DNA of 64,000 bases from Octopus sinensis (Eukaryota), in NCBI RefSeq assembly GCF_006345805.1, contig NC_043002.1:31930001-31994000 (forward strand), written 5' to 3'. The notes under the pieces are model-generated. The model saw nothing but the letters and a program-made list of their open reading frames with translations. It was not told where the DNA came from and did no database searches. The stretch's first letter is position 1, and every line of letters begins with the position of its first letter. This document shows, piece after piece, positions 1 to 13,049 of the stretch. The translations under genes were made by a program, and so were the position numbers.

Positions 1-367
1 AAAGCAGTAAGGTCATTACTTCTTCCACCGCCACCACCACCACCACCACCATCATCTCCGCAACCACCATCGTCTCCGATATCACCATCACAGTTTCCAC
101 CATCATAAATATCACTACGATAAACATTGCCGATTTCAGTATCGTAGACATCGTCACCATTACCATCATCATTATCATCATCGTCATCATCATCCCCATC
201 ATCGTCATTGCTATTCTCTAAGCATTCAATACGTCTACACCGCTCCAAATATGATCAATGTGCGCCAGCCGCTCTCTTCTCTTTCTTCCCCCTCTTCCCC
301 CACCCCTTTTTTGCCCCGCTTTCTGTCAAACTTTCATCTGCATGTACATGCATACATATTCATCATT

Positions 368-465
368 GGCATATACAATACACACACCCACTTATTTATA
401 TATGTATGTATATATACATATACGTATATATATATAATCCCAAAATGAAATATATATATATATGC

Positions 466-513
<48 letters not shown>

Positions 514-570
514 TATATATATACATAATATATACTTATGCATACATGTATATATACGTCTGTATATATA

Positions 571-609
<39 letters not shown>

Positions 610-744
610 GTACATATGTTTATATACATATATATATGTGTATGTATGGATGAATGTATGTATGTGTGCATGTGTGTATGCATGTATATGTGTGTGTAAT
701 GATATGCATGTATATCCGTTCATTAACACCCACACATTATATGT

Positions 745-790
<46 letters not shown>

Positions 791-812
791 ATGTGTGTGT
801 GTGTGTGTGTGT

Positions 813-850
<38 letters not shown>
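368..850. repeat. Compound (TA)n/(TATG)n/(TG)n microsatellite
   Basis: Direct reading; source of the YIYI/VCVC/HTHT ORFs. Confidence 0.95.
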
Positions 851-854
<4 letters not shown>

Positions 855-1657
855 CATGCGTATATATGGATATACCCGTGTCTCTATGCACGCCCAGTTG
901 TGTATGAAGACACCAGAATACCTACTCACACACACGCGTATAGCCACGGACATGGACACGCACATACACACACATGTATAGGTGCATATGCAACACAGGT
1001 CTACTTGTACATAGATGTATATTTACACAAACGACAATTCTACAATTACGTACAGCTAAAGTTATCACAAACACACACATTCAAGGCACACACATAGCAC
1101 AAGCGTACACATTCATATACATGCCACTACGAGCACGTACACTCCCTTTACCTTTCCTTTGTTAACGTAACATAAATAATGCCAACACTGCTTTATGTAA
1201 TATATAAGCGGAGGGAGAGAAACAAAAACACGAGCAAATACTAAAGGCAAACTAATGTACAAAACTCAAAACAAAGGAAACATTTTTAAAATACAAAGAG
1301 AAGAAAAAAATTAAGAAAATTAAAAAAGATTATCTACAAAAAACCTACATTTTCTTTTATTATTATTATTGTTGTTGCTGTTGTTATATTTATATTGGTT
1401 TTATCGTTTTTTTGGTTATTTTTAAAAATTATTTTTTCCTCTAATTTAATACAAATACAGAGTATATTATTAGTTTTAATGAATGCTTACTTGTTTGCTA
1501 GTGTGTCAAAGTTTGCGCATCATCATTATGTTCATAGTCCGTCGTTGTCGTTCTCATCATTGTAATCATCATCATCATTTTCATATTCTCGGCTGTCGTG
1601 CACAAGATCCTTACTTTATCCTTGTTATTGACATGAATATATTTTAACAGTAAATAA

Positions 1658-1674
1658 TAATAATGATGATGATA

Positions 1675-1739
<65 letters not shown>
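1658..1739 (+). repeat. (AAT)n/(GAT)n microsatellite, 5' flank of R4/Dong insertion
   Basis: Direct reading. Confidence 0.95.
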
Positions 1740-2327
1740 TATCACCACCCTGAGGCTGTAACTGAAGGAGAAAATGTAACCATTCTGTGGGACTTTCCAG
1801 TACATACAGACCGAACCATCAAGGCCAATAAACCAGATATTGTTGTGAAAGACCAAAACAATAAAGTTTGCTTATTGATCGACATGAGCATCCCCTGTGA
1901 TCATAATATCTCAGCGAAAGAGTTTGACAAGTTCAGAAAATATAAAGACCTACTCATTGAAATTGAGAAAATGTGGCATCTCAAGGCGGTTACAATACCA
2001 GTGATCGTAGGAGCACTAGGAATGATCAAGAAGGGAACCGAAAATTATATGAGAATGATCCCTGGCTTACCATCCCTGCAAGAAGTGCAAAAGATTGTCT
2101 TAACTGGTACATCACACGTATTGAGAAGAGCATTGTCGATGTGAGAACTGTTGCTGCTCATGTATTTTAATTTAACTTTAAAAAAAAAAAATAAAAAATA
2201 AAAAATGAACGAACTACTGAGTTTGGTTTAATGGCCTACCAATGTATACTATGAGTTTCTTTGCCCTAGGAGTCGGGAAGACACTCGGCAAGAAATGGAA
2301 GCAAATTTGAAAGAAGAAAAAAAAAGT
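1740..2327 (+). mobile_element. 5'-truncated R4/Dong-type non-LTR retrotransposon 3' end: RLE endonuclease domain (1740-2144) plus 3' UTR
   Basis: Open frame from 1740 reads YHHPEAVTEGENVTILWDFPVHTDRTIKANKPDIVVKDQNNKVCLLIDMSIP...KYKDL...IPVIVGALG...LQEVQKIVLTGTSHVLRRALSM*. KPD..D and VGALG match the R4-clade RLE; (AAT)n tail follows at 2328-2350. Confidence 0.88.
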
Positions 2328-2350
2328 AATAATAATAATAATAATAATAA

Positions 2351-2839
2351 ATCTGCATTGTTTTGTCTTGGTATAAAAGAAGGGCTACAGCAAATATTCT
2401 GCTCAATACCACAGATTTGCTTGTCACTTGTTTGACCTTAACCACTTGACCATGTCCCTTAATGGCTGACGATATGTGCATCTCTGATCACGAGCAGAAG
2501 TTGTGGGGGAGCATCATAGCCATGTGTTGAGAGGGATTCTTTGGGGTTTGAATAATTCACCTCTGGAAACATGGGTGTTTTGTTCAACATCCTTAAACAA
2601 CCCTTATTCAGGGACCTTTCCAGATGGATGGGTTACTCGACCAGAAGAAAACTCTAACTGGACCCCACCTGCTAGGTCATATATTGATTTTCTTGATATG
2701 AGATCATCATGTCGCGCAAATATTGTTGCGATGCATGTGTCTAGAGTACCCTTATCAGACGGGTAGTCATGATGGGCATATTGGGCTTCGTATATTTTAC
2801 CCCAGTGTCACTTTGATGGCATGCACTGCTCTCTCACTC
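2351..2839 (+). mobile_element. Non-coding interspersed repeat with (AAT)n tail (5'-truncated copy; longer copy at 32895-33458)
   Basis: High similarity to 32970-33458 over about 490 bp; both end ...gcactgctctctcactc(AAT)n and lie in AAT arrays. Confidence 0.8.
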
Positions 2840-2910
<71 letters not shown>

Positions 2911-2912
<2 letters not shown>

Positions 2913-3804
2913 GCAAAGAACCATGATAAAACGATGGCAAGAATAACCCCTTCACGGTAAATACTGGACTAAACTAAATGCAAAAGAAATAGACAAAGAA
3001 CAATCCCAGCAATGGTTGAGAAGCTCAGGACTCAAAGCAGAGACAGAGGGATTTTTAATTGCAGCACAAGACCAAAGCCTCCCCACCAGAAATTACCAAA
3101 AACATGTAATGAAAAGAAATATAACAAGTAACTGTAGAATATGTGGAGATGGACAAGAAACGATAAATCATATTATCTCTGGCTGCCCAGTCCTGGCTAA
3201 GAAGGAATATATTCACAGACATGACAGAGTTGGAACCTACATACACTGGAAGCTATGCCAACATTATGGAATAACAACAGAAGAAAAAAAAAAGATTGTA
3301 TAGGCACACACCAGAAAAGGTCACAGAAAACGAGAAAGCAACCATACTTTGGGATATACCGATACACACAGATAGAGAAATTAAGGCCAACAGACCAGAT
3401 ATAGTTGTCAGAGATCATGAAGAAAAAAATGCTTTCTAATTGATGTATCAATACCGGCAGATGACAACGTGTCTCTAAAAGAAATGGAGAAACTTTCAAA
3501 ATACAAAGACCTGGAAATGGAGGTAACCAGAATATGGAATCTAAAAACAGAAACAATTCCTATCATAGTAGGTGCATTAGGCATGATAAAAAAATATTCA
3601 GACAAATACATAACAAAAACACCAGGACTTACAAACATATAACATATAGAAAATTGCACTACTAGGCACTGCACACATCCTACGCAGAACACTTTCCATA
3701 CAATAACCATCAGAGCATCACAACAAATCACAGCACATACCCAAGGCACACAGAGCTGCGCTCGGTAGTGAAGTGAAAGCACGCTATAAAAAATAAAACT
3801 ACTG
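2911..3804 (+). mobile_element. 5'-truncated R4/Dong-type LINE 3' end (second family): CCHC knuckle plus RLE, frameshifted; coding to 3706
   Basis: WLRSSGLKAETEGFLIAAQDQSL, CRICGDGQETINHIISGC, HRHDRV, then ILWDIPIHTDREIKANRPDIVVRD, KYKDLE, IPIIVGALG, ALLGTAHILRRTLS; (AAT)n on both sides. Confidence 0.92.
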
Positions 3805-3822
3805 AATAATAATAATAATAAT

Positions 3823-4380
3823 CTTTTCTTTATTGTCTACAAGGACCGAGCACAGAGCAAAAGGGACAATACAGCACAAGGGACAAATGGGGTTTAGCAC
3901 AACATTTCGTGTATAGAAATGAAATAGAAACAATAGTAACAAAATTCAACAAAAAATTTCACAAAAGAGGGGTATTCACACAGACACAACCAAGAATCCC
4001 TACATGTCCTGGTTACTCCGACCGTCAGGGGCACTTCAGCAAGTGCCTTACCCCTTTTCAATTCCTCCACCTTATAAGCGTAGGCCCATTCACACGGGCA
4101 ATCCTCGCCACCTACAACTACATTTCAACAAATATACTGGTCAGTAGTATGTCTCTCTCTCCATCTTCACTTAACTTTTGACGTGAAACTTGAAAACACC
4201 AATGGGGGCTTGGTCTTCAGTCCTTTCAGCCGTGTCCAGCACACTAGCTTCTTTCGATACATATACTAGACTGAAGAAAAATGCCTTCCTTCCCGGCCAA
4301 AACAGGTGGTGAGGCGATATTCATGATGAAAGCGACTGATAACTGGATCTGTCCAACACATCTGACGAGCGGAACACGAT
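3823..4380 (-). mobile_element. Tx1/L1-like LINE 3' end (degenerate ORF2 C-terminus, 3' UTR, AATAAA)
   Basis: Minus-strand pieces CWTRLKGLKT, FKFHVKS, ERDIL..IFVE, VARIARVNGPTL parallel the 53560 copy (FFKYHLKGKVRVERQVL..WVNVA); ends ...caataaagaaaag. Confidence 0.6.
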
Positions 4381-5440
4381 AATTCGTGTGTGTGTGTGTG
4401 TATGTGTGTGTGTATGTGTTTGTATGTGTGTGTGTGTGCGTGCGTGTGTGTACGTGTCTGTGTGTGTATGTGTGTCTGTGTGTGGGTATGTGTGTGTTCG
4501 CTCATATCCAGGATTAGAAACCCTTTTCGTCATTTTAATTCTTGTTAACCATTATCTTATTTTAGTTCAGTACATGTAAAAACGCACATGTTGCTTTAAT
4601 GTCGCTCGTTTTCCATTGTTTGCTTTTATCATTTTCTGTTCTCTTTTTCTTTCTTTTTGGAGGGGGGGGGGGTGTCAATTTCATGTTCTTATTTAAATAT
4701 TTTCTTAAAAAGCTTTTGAAAATTCTCCGGTTTGTGTACAGCACCAGACGAAAGAATCCATGTGGAAACATAAGTAAAAGTGTATTTACAAATAAAATAA
4801 TTAGAAATATCCATTCCAAAATGAAAGAAGTGGAGATGCAACAGTTTCTATGCATAACGTATACAATAAAAAAAAACACCATTTGCTTATCAATTAACTT
4901 TTACTAAAAGAAAGCAATTAACAAAGTCTAACCTATCCAGAAAATTCTTAAAACTTCTAATAGTGATATACTTTTATTATGGAAAATTTCAGTTACAGAA
5001 AAATAATTTTAGCTCACTGAGGTTTGTGTTTTATTTTTTAACACTTCAAGATAGCTTTTCCTATTTACCTTTTCTGTTTTCTATACCCAGAGTATGAGAG
5101 TGTCCTCTCCAAGTTTGTTTCCTTGTACGTAGAATAACAAGCTTAGGGTTTAATCTTCGAAACTCACAAGTCTTAGCATTCTTATCTACCTTTCGACATA
5201 TTGTTTCTACTTTAAACGCAAGACTAGCAATTTTGAGAGAACTGTTTTAGTCGATAACTTCAACTCTAAATTTCAACGGTTTTTAATATTTAAAAAAAAT
5301 TATTAACTACCAACAGAATGAACGGCACGGTTGATCTCAGAAATACGACTACGCATATAACTGAGAACCTGTCATACAAAACGTGTTCTAAAACATGTAC
5401 CGATGCACATAAATGGGGCGGGGAGGTATCGGAATACAGT

Positions 5441-5690
5441 GGACGCGCGTGACTTCGTGGTTAGAATGCTGAACTCACGATCGTAAGATTGTGGTTTCGA
5501 TCTCTGCACCGGGCGATCTGTTGTGTTCTTCAGCAAAGCACTTCATTTCACGTTGCTCCAGTCCAGTCAGCTGTAGAAATGAGTTTAGATTGGAGAGGGA
5601 TGGTCTCCGCCAGGCTTTCTCGCCCTTGATATCTTACATGGCTAAAGCGCCCCAACGACACCCAAGAGGTTAAGGGGGTTTGTCAAAGTC
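5441..5690 (+). mobile_element. tRNA-derived SINE with CORE-like central domain
   Basis: A-box-like gtggttag, B-box-like ggtttcgatctc, then ttcagcaaagcacttcatttcacgttgctccagtcc; related copies at 15086, 16027 and 62110. Confidence 0.7.
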
Positions 5691-6438
5691 AATACATAGT
5701 TTAATAGAATGTATACATAAAGTGCTACACATCAACATAAAAGCGACAATATGCCAACTATGTAAGAAAAGGATCCCTGAACAATTTGATCACCCTTTTG
5801 CACACATACGCGCACACACATATATACACACACAGAGGAAGCATACACACACATACACACATTCACATACTTACATACACCTAACTTTCAGTCATGCTTA
5901 AATTAATTCCATCACATTACGAAAGATGTTAATGTCAATTTTATCACATTACATCAAACTTGATTTAGTAGTTTGGGGTCTAAGCTTATCCATGCTAACC
6001 GACTAATATGCCTGTTATTTTTCGGACGAATTTGCACAGCTATATTTTAGGGCTTATACGTCATCATCTCTCATATTTCTACATAGATTTAGTAAAACGT
6101 GCTCGGCCGTAGAGAGGAGGTGCAAATCGATATATTTTGGGTGTTGTGTTCCATATGGGGATGTAGTTGATAGAACGGGATGCCACACTTGAGTAATTTT
6201 TAAACTTAATGCAAAGATAATGATAAATTTCTTACATTGTGTAAATGTTACAGCGTATATGCCTCCGTATTCTTGTAACACCCAGTTTATTGTATCAATG
6301 GTAAATTTGATATATTAAACTTATATCTAATTCCATCACTCTAAATATAGCTGGCTGCTTCGTTGGTAAAAGTACAATTGTTTCCAATTATAGCATACGC
6401 ACAGTAGCACTCACTAGTCTTTGTTCATACATACATAT

Positions 6439-6527
<89 letters not shown>

Positions 6528-6639
6528 GGTTGAAAGAGGGATAGAGAGATGTGTGTGTGTCTGTACGTATATACATACATATGTGTACATAACTATATAT
6601 GTGTGAGTGAATGTATACATAACAATAATGATGATAGTC

Positions 6640-7040
6640 CCTTCTAATAAAATCACAAGATCTGAAATTCTGGTGGAGGGGGCTAATCGATTAGATCAAC
6701 CTCAGTACGCATCTGGTTCTTAATTTATTGACCCCGAAAGGATGAAAGGCAAAGTCGACCTCAGCAGAATTTGAACTTAGAAGCAGTGACAGGCGAAATA
6801 CTTCTAAGCATTTTGTCCCCAGTGCTAACTAGTCTGCCAGCTTACCGCCCAAATAGTGATAATAATAATCCTTTCAACTGTAGGCATATGACCTTAAATT
6901 TGGTGGGAGAGGATAAGTCGTTTACTTCGACCCAAGTACGTAACTAGTACATAATCCATCTACTCCGAAAGGATGAAAGACGAATTCAACCTCGCAGGAT
7001 TTGAATTCAGAACATAAGGACGGGCGAAATACCACTAAGC
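6640..7040 (-). mobile_element. Two head-to-tail family-A tRNA-derived SINEs (6640-6850; 6870-7040 truncated)
   Basis: Shared core accccgaaaggatgaaaggcaaagtcgacctc and B-box complement gaatttgaac. Confidence 0.85.
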
Positions 7041-7179
7041 AAACCTGTGAGTAAAATTTTAATCACATATTAATCACATATACCTTCATTAATATCTATA
7101 AAATTCCTGTATATATATATGCACATCGCTGCTTTTCAGTCCCTTGTTTATACATGAATAATAATTGTAAATGGGTGGT

Positions 7180-8566
7180 GCTCTATCAAAAAGTAAAAAC
7201 TGTAAAGACCGACCCATAACAAAATCAACAAAAACAAAGCAAGAACGATGGTCAGATAACCATGACTATTATGAAATGGCTGATTTATGATTTACCCACA
7301 ATACTATGCAGCACTCCTCCAAAAACATACGGGAATAGACTCATACAGTAAATACCCAATAAACTGAACACAGCAAAGATCCTCTCCACAAACTCCTGCC
7401 AATTTGAAAATTTACTGATGATCCCTACATACCTTGCTCGTAGGGTCACAAAAATTAAAATAAAGTATGTGCCTCCTGAAATAGAAATAAAATGGTTCGT
7501 ATCTGCCATTGCCATGACATCGAGGTCGAAATCCATATCTTGGAAATCGCTGTCGTGGACCAGCAAAACTGGATTGGCCAAGAAACCTTGCTCAAATTAA
7601 TCCGATAATTTTCGAAACGATTCCACATAAAATCCAATTGAGAGAGGAATCGAGTTTACATGTGGTCGTCGAAGGCAGAAAGCCACGTTGCTACGCTTGT
7701 GGTAGCAAAGCACACTTACAAATTAATTGCCCACTAGCACAGAAACAACAACAACAGCAACAACAACAAGATCACGATAAACAACAACAACCACAAGAAA
7801 ACCAAAAAACGAGCAAAAACACCAGCACTGCTACACGCACCGCCATATGCACAACTAATTAGACAGCTCTACAAATAAAGGAACATCAGCAACCAACAAG
7901 TCACCCCAACCAAACAACACCACCACCAGCGCCTCCAAGAACAGAAACAACACCATCATTACCACCAACAACAACTTCAAAGGAGGAAGTGAAAACAAAA
8001 AAGACTCATACCCCACTTCACTCCAAAACCTATACACCACACCCGAACTGTTACCAAGCAGCACCAACAACAAAGTCAACACACTCAGAAATAGACCCTA
8101 ATACATTTCCCCTCCCACCTGATTCCTCCGACATGTCGTCAGATGAAGACGACACAGAAGATTAGCAAGTGGCCACAGTGGGAAGGAGAAAAAGGTGGAC
8201 AAAAAGAATAGAGAAACAGACGAACAAAGCAGGGAGGTTTACCACTCCCGAAACCAAAACACCCGCAGAAAACAAAAGCATCAACATAAACACACTAACA
8301 CCAAACACCCCAACAATGTTGATAGCCATAACCACTAACAACCTAGACCTAATAGAATACATTAGGCCAAACACCAATATAACAGAAAATGATACAAAAC
8401 AAAGAATCACCCATGCACAACACCACCACAACACATTAGAATTATACACATAACACAGAACACACACAACAACCTCAAATCTCTCTACCCTGATGTAGTT
8501 GGGAGATTTCAGAAATACCTGTCCAAAAAGCTATACAAAACCTTCTGGGAGAAGACTGTGAGGTAA
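7180..8566 (+). pseudogene. Decayed gag-like ORF1 of a Tx1/L1-like LINE with CCHC zinc knuckle (7689-7730) and low-complexity Thr/Asn/Gln tail
   Basis: VVVEGRKPRCYACGSKAHLQINC is an exact CX2CX4HX4C. The upstream frame RRVTKIKIKYVPPEI continues from ATG 7262 with one stop; the final segment LYPDVVGRFQKYLSKKLYKTFWEKTVR* ends at 8566. Confidence 0.65.
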
Positions 8567-8658
8567 AGAGCAAAGAACTTTCGAACATTAAGTGACTCTT
8601 TCTCTCTCTTGCTCTTTCGTCTTCCTTTCGTGTGTAAAACACAACTTTCGATAGGAAC

Positions 8659-8754
8659 ATGCTTAAAATAAGCAGTATAAATGTACGTGGCTTTGGGTCG
8701 CCTTGGAAACAAGCCAACTGTAAAAATCAAATACGAAAATACGAAAGATCTTAA
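8659..8754 (+). pseudogene. Start of LINE ORF2 (APE endonuclease N-terminus), truncated after about 19 codons
   Basis: MLKISSINVRGFGSPWKQA matches the first APE motif (xS/TxNVR/NGL) of L1/Tx1 ORF2; lies about 90 bp after the ORF1 stop. Confidence 0.6.
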
Positions 8755-8836
8755 ATCTAAGCAATAAGTCTTGGACACATGTTTATTCAATGAACATGCA
8801 TATACAATCACAAGTTTTTAAAACTTCCTTGTTCTA

Positions 8837-9266
8837 CAGGGTGTTCAATTTAAAAGTTGAACTCAACTGTATTTATTAATAGTTATAAAGAATATACAAT
8901 ATTATGGACAATCCTACTTTTATCAAAATGTTCACTTAAAAGTTACAACGTCAAACTGGTTATAAAAGGTGTTGAAATTGTTGGCGGCCACTTTGTAGAC
9001 ACGATGACGTTTGTTCTGGAACACATTAATCAAAACTTCACGTGGGATATTTGGACAATATCAGTAGTATCCGTACACAGTTCATTAAATGTATGCGGAT
9101 TCTTTGTAAACACAGTGTCGTTGATATAGCCGAATAAAAAGAAATCTCGAATGAATGCGTTACACCTGTAAAAAGGCTGAAATCAATTTGGCATGGTGAG
9201 CCAATCAGAGAGAGCCAATATATTGACAGTTAATCAATCGAGTCAACTTTTAGATTGAACACCCTG
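8837..9266 (-). mobile_element. Internally deleted Tc1/mariner element (MITE-like) with 24-bp TIRs and TA TSD
   Basis: TA|cagggtgttcaatttaaaagttga ... tcaacttttagattgaacaccctg|TA (1 mismatch); minus strand retains DFFLFGYINDTVF..PHTFNEL and QQFQHLL*. Confidence 0.9.
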
Positions 9267-10153
9267 TATGTGCGTAGTAATCAATATGTACAACATAAGC
9301 GCTATAAAGTGTGGGATTCATCAGTGCGAAGCTTAATAAAAAGATCTTAACATATTTTGAAATAGAATTATTCACTGGATTGTGAATTTCCAAAATGAAT
9401 ATTGCCATTATATAAAATACACATGAATCCAGCCCGCAATTCTGAAAACACTTACTGCTGGGTTCCTGCTAAAGGTAGAATCTCATCCAGAATGGTAGCA
9501 TACGAGATAGAAAGAAGTTTAACTGAGTAACACCTGGATTTACATGACAACTTGAAATGTTGTTGAAGTAATTATTGTTTGTCATAATTATTAAACAATT
9601 ATAATAGCCATCCTTAATCAGTGAATATATAATTCATTAATCAATAATCTAAATGAAATTTAGTAGGAATTAGATATTTGTATGTATGTATGTGTCTATC
9701 TGGTTAGGTGTAGATGGGTCTCCATTGTTCTCAACAGAATTAGCTGCCCTTCATCTAAAAGTAATTTCTTATGCACACCATAAAAATATTAACCATATTG
9801 CGATTCTCAAGAAGAATGAACGAAAAAATGAGCAGTTAGACTATAGCTTTGCATCACAGTATTTTCTGCATGATTTCATGCACAAAGATTGGGTGAAACC
9901 GAGGCTATGCAAACTGGCAAATATCCAACATAACATGCTGTACGATCGAACGTAAGACCCCTTCATTTCAAAGCAAACACCTGAATTATACAGCTATACA
10001 GAGCCTATATAAGACTATATATTTATCTTCATGTTTCTGCTATGTGCGCACAGGTATGCTAACACACATACACATCCAAACATAAATAGCCATATGTTTG
10101 TGTGCAAGTATGTATGATTGTTTCTAATTGAGCGTGCGTATATTTGTGTGTAT

Positions 10154-10289
10154 TCCGCCGAGGTCGACTTTGCCTTTCATCCTTTCGGGGTCGATAAATA
10201 AAGTACCAGTTTCGCACTGGGCGATGTAATCGGCTTAATCCGTTTGTTTGTCCCCTCTATGTTTAGCCCCTTATGGGTAGTAAAGAAAT
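10154..10289 (+). mobile_element. 5'-truncated family-A SINE, Tx1-like tail variant
   Basis: gaggtcgactttgcctttcatcctttcggggtcg...gtttagccccttatgggtagtaaagaaata. Confidence 0.85.
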
Positions 10290-10335
10290 ATATATATATA
10301 TGTGTGTGTGTGTGCGTGTATATATACATATACGC

Positions 10336-10367
<32 letters not shown>

Positions 10368-11043
10368 ATGTATGCATGGATGAGTGTATATATGTATGCA
10401 TATGTCTGTCTATATATGTATATTGATATATAAATATATATATATACACATATATATACATATCTATATAAACATATATATATATGTATGTATGCATGGA
10501 TGAATGTATATATGTATGTATGTTTGTATGTAAAAACATATGTATGCATATATCTGTATATATATATTTTTATATATATATATATATACCTATATTAACA
10601 CATATATGATATGGACACATTCTTTCACAGATATTTGGCTATACTTGCTACTGCAGCTGTTGCTGGTGCTGCAACTGCTTCTATTATCATATTCTCGTAT
10701 CTGTTACATATGAAATTAGATATGTGACATATCATTTCGAATTACGCAATGACATTTCGGCGATGGGATCTTTGATTACATCCATCCATGACCATTTCTT
10801 CACCGCCCACATTGAAAACACGTGCACGTTTGCGCGTATTTATCTATCAAATATATAAGTATTTTCGTATATGAGTATGCAAACATATAAACATAGACAT
10901 ACGTAAAGTCATACATATACATACACACACACACACACGCACATATATACACATATATATGTATGCATATGTATAAGAAGTATATATATATATATACGCA
11001 TACACACACATATATATATACAAACACACACACATACAGGGTG

Positions 11044-11104
<61 letters not shown>

Positions 11105-12411
11105 ATGTATATGAATAAGTATTTATATATATATATATATATATAAATACTAAGATATATGCAATGCACGTTTGTATACATTTGTGTGTGTGCGTGTGTG
11201 AGGAGTGTACATATGTATATGCGCGTGTGCCTTTATACACAAACACACAGAAGCACACACACACACACACATATATTAGATTTGTTAAATCCTTTCTTCT
11301 CATGTTACTGATTACTAAACAAATATTGAACGTGTACATACTTTGAAGTATGCAATATGTAAAATGAGTTGATAAGAGAGATGTATCAATTGATAGCTAA
11401 AGCCAGGAAAAGAGACAATATGATGTACATGAGAGGTAGGTATATATTCAGATATAGGTTTGGAATATCATGTTTCTTCATTTATGAATGTAGTCTACGT
11501 CACAATATAGAGAGCAATGCACAAATCCATTCCTTACAACTGTCTGACGCCAACAAACACATTGGGAAGACACTTAATCTGCCTAATTCGTCAGGAAATC
11601 GTAACATCAATAAGAACAATAAAAATATCAAAAATAACAACGACAATATTGAAGACAGCAACGATAATAGTATACGCAATAGAAAAAAATACTTGAACAA
11701 AATATTTATTGTTTCATAAGGATGAAATCTGAGAGTTTGGGTAGAGATTGAAGGGCACAAAATTCGTGATTTTCTCAAGGACAGTGGTAACTTGGCTGTT
11801 TGAGAACGGAGATTTAATCCTAGACGCCTGCTTTATAATACGTGTAATCTATATCTCTCGCACGATAGCCTGACTGAAAATTAATAACTATTATTCCTTA
11901 ATAGAGTTAATTATGGAAACGATGTTAGTAAAATAAATTCATGTATATCTCCACGTCACCCGATTTTTAATGTGTAGTCAACGTAGCAATGTATATATGT
12001 TCCCATAAAACATTAATGCAAATTCTCCAGAAATTTTGCGTCATGAAAAATAATTCGCGATTCTTTCATCCGACACCAAATATTTATACACTAAAAGGCA
12101 TTTACTTTCAGTATTGCGCTGATATCTCCCTCAGAGAGAAGAGGCAATAGACAACTAAGTTGCTTCTAGTTAGTCACCTAGTCTATTAATAAGAAAGTTC
12201 AAATATTCTTCAGCCTAAAGCTTACAGTTAAAATAATGGCACGCTGCTGATTGTAGTTTTGTTCGGTTATATCTCTTGTATAGCTAAGTAACAATATAAG
12301 AAAATTATATGACTGAAAACAAAACGTGGATATAACGGTGGCTGCAAAGTACTTCGACTATTAAAACAATGGTATTATTATGAGTTATAGACACAAATAC
12401 GCACACACAGA

Positions 12412-12443
<32 letters not shown>

Positions 12444-12804
12444 TGCAAACACACACACACACACACAAACAAACTTACAAACACACACACATATATATTA
12501 AAGGAAAAGGACAGCAAAAAGCAAGAGAGTCCGTTATCTGAAGTCATTTACTATATTTTAAGGGAAAATTTTATTTGAAATGACTTGAATATAAATGACT
12601 TCAGATGCTTGTCCTGCCTTGGTTTGTGTTGTCCTTTTCCTCTAATATATACCTGCTAATAGGGTTCCCTAACTCCAGCCTCAGCTGTGAATTTGGAACC
12701 TAACCGATGGCCAATAATAGCACTCACCATTTCTATTCGTCTAGATCACTAGTGAACTAAACTCCTTATAGTCTTTATAATATATGTGTGTATTATGTAT
12801 GTGC

Positions 12805-12838
<34 letters not shown>

Positions 12839-13049
12839 GCACACATTATATATGTATGTATATACATACATATATATTTACACACATATGCCTATATGCA
12901 TGTTTGTGTGGATGTGTATGTATGTGAGTGCGAACGTGCGTATTGTAAGTGTTTGTGTGTGCATTGTGTGTATTTATATATGTATGCAAGCATTCATGTA
13001 TATCTATAAATACATACATATGAACACACATAGTCCAATAGTTGTACTT

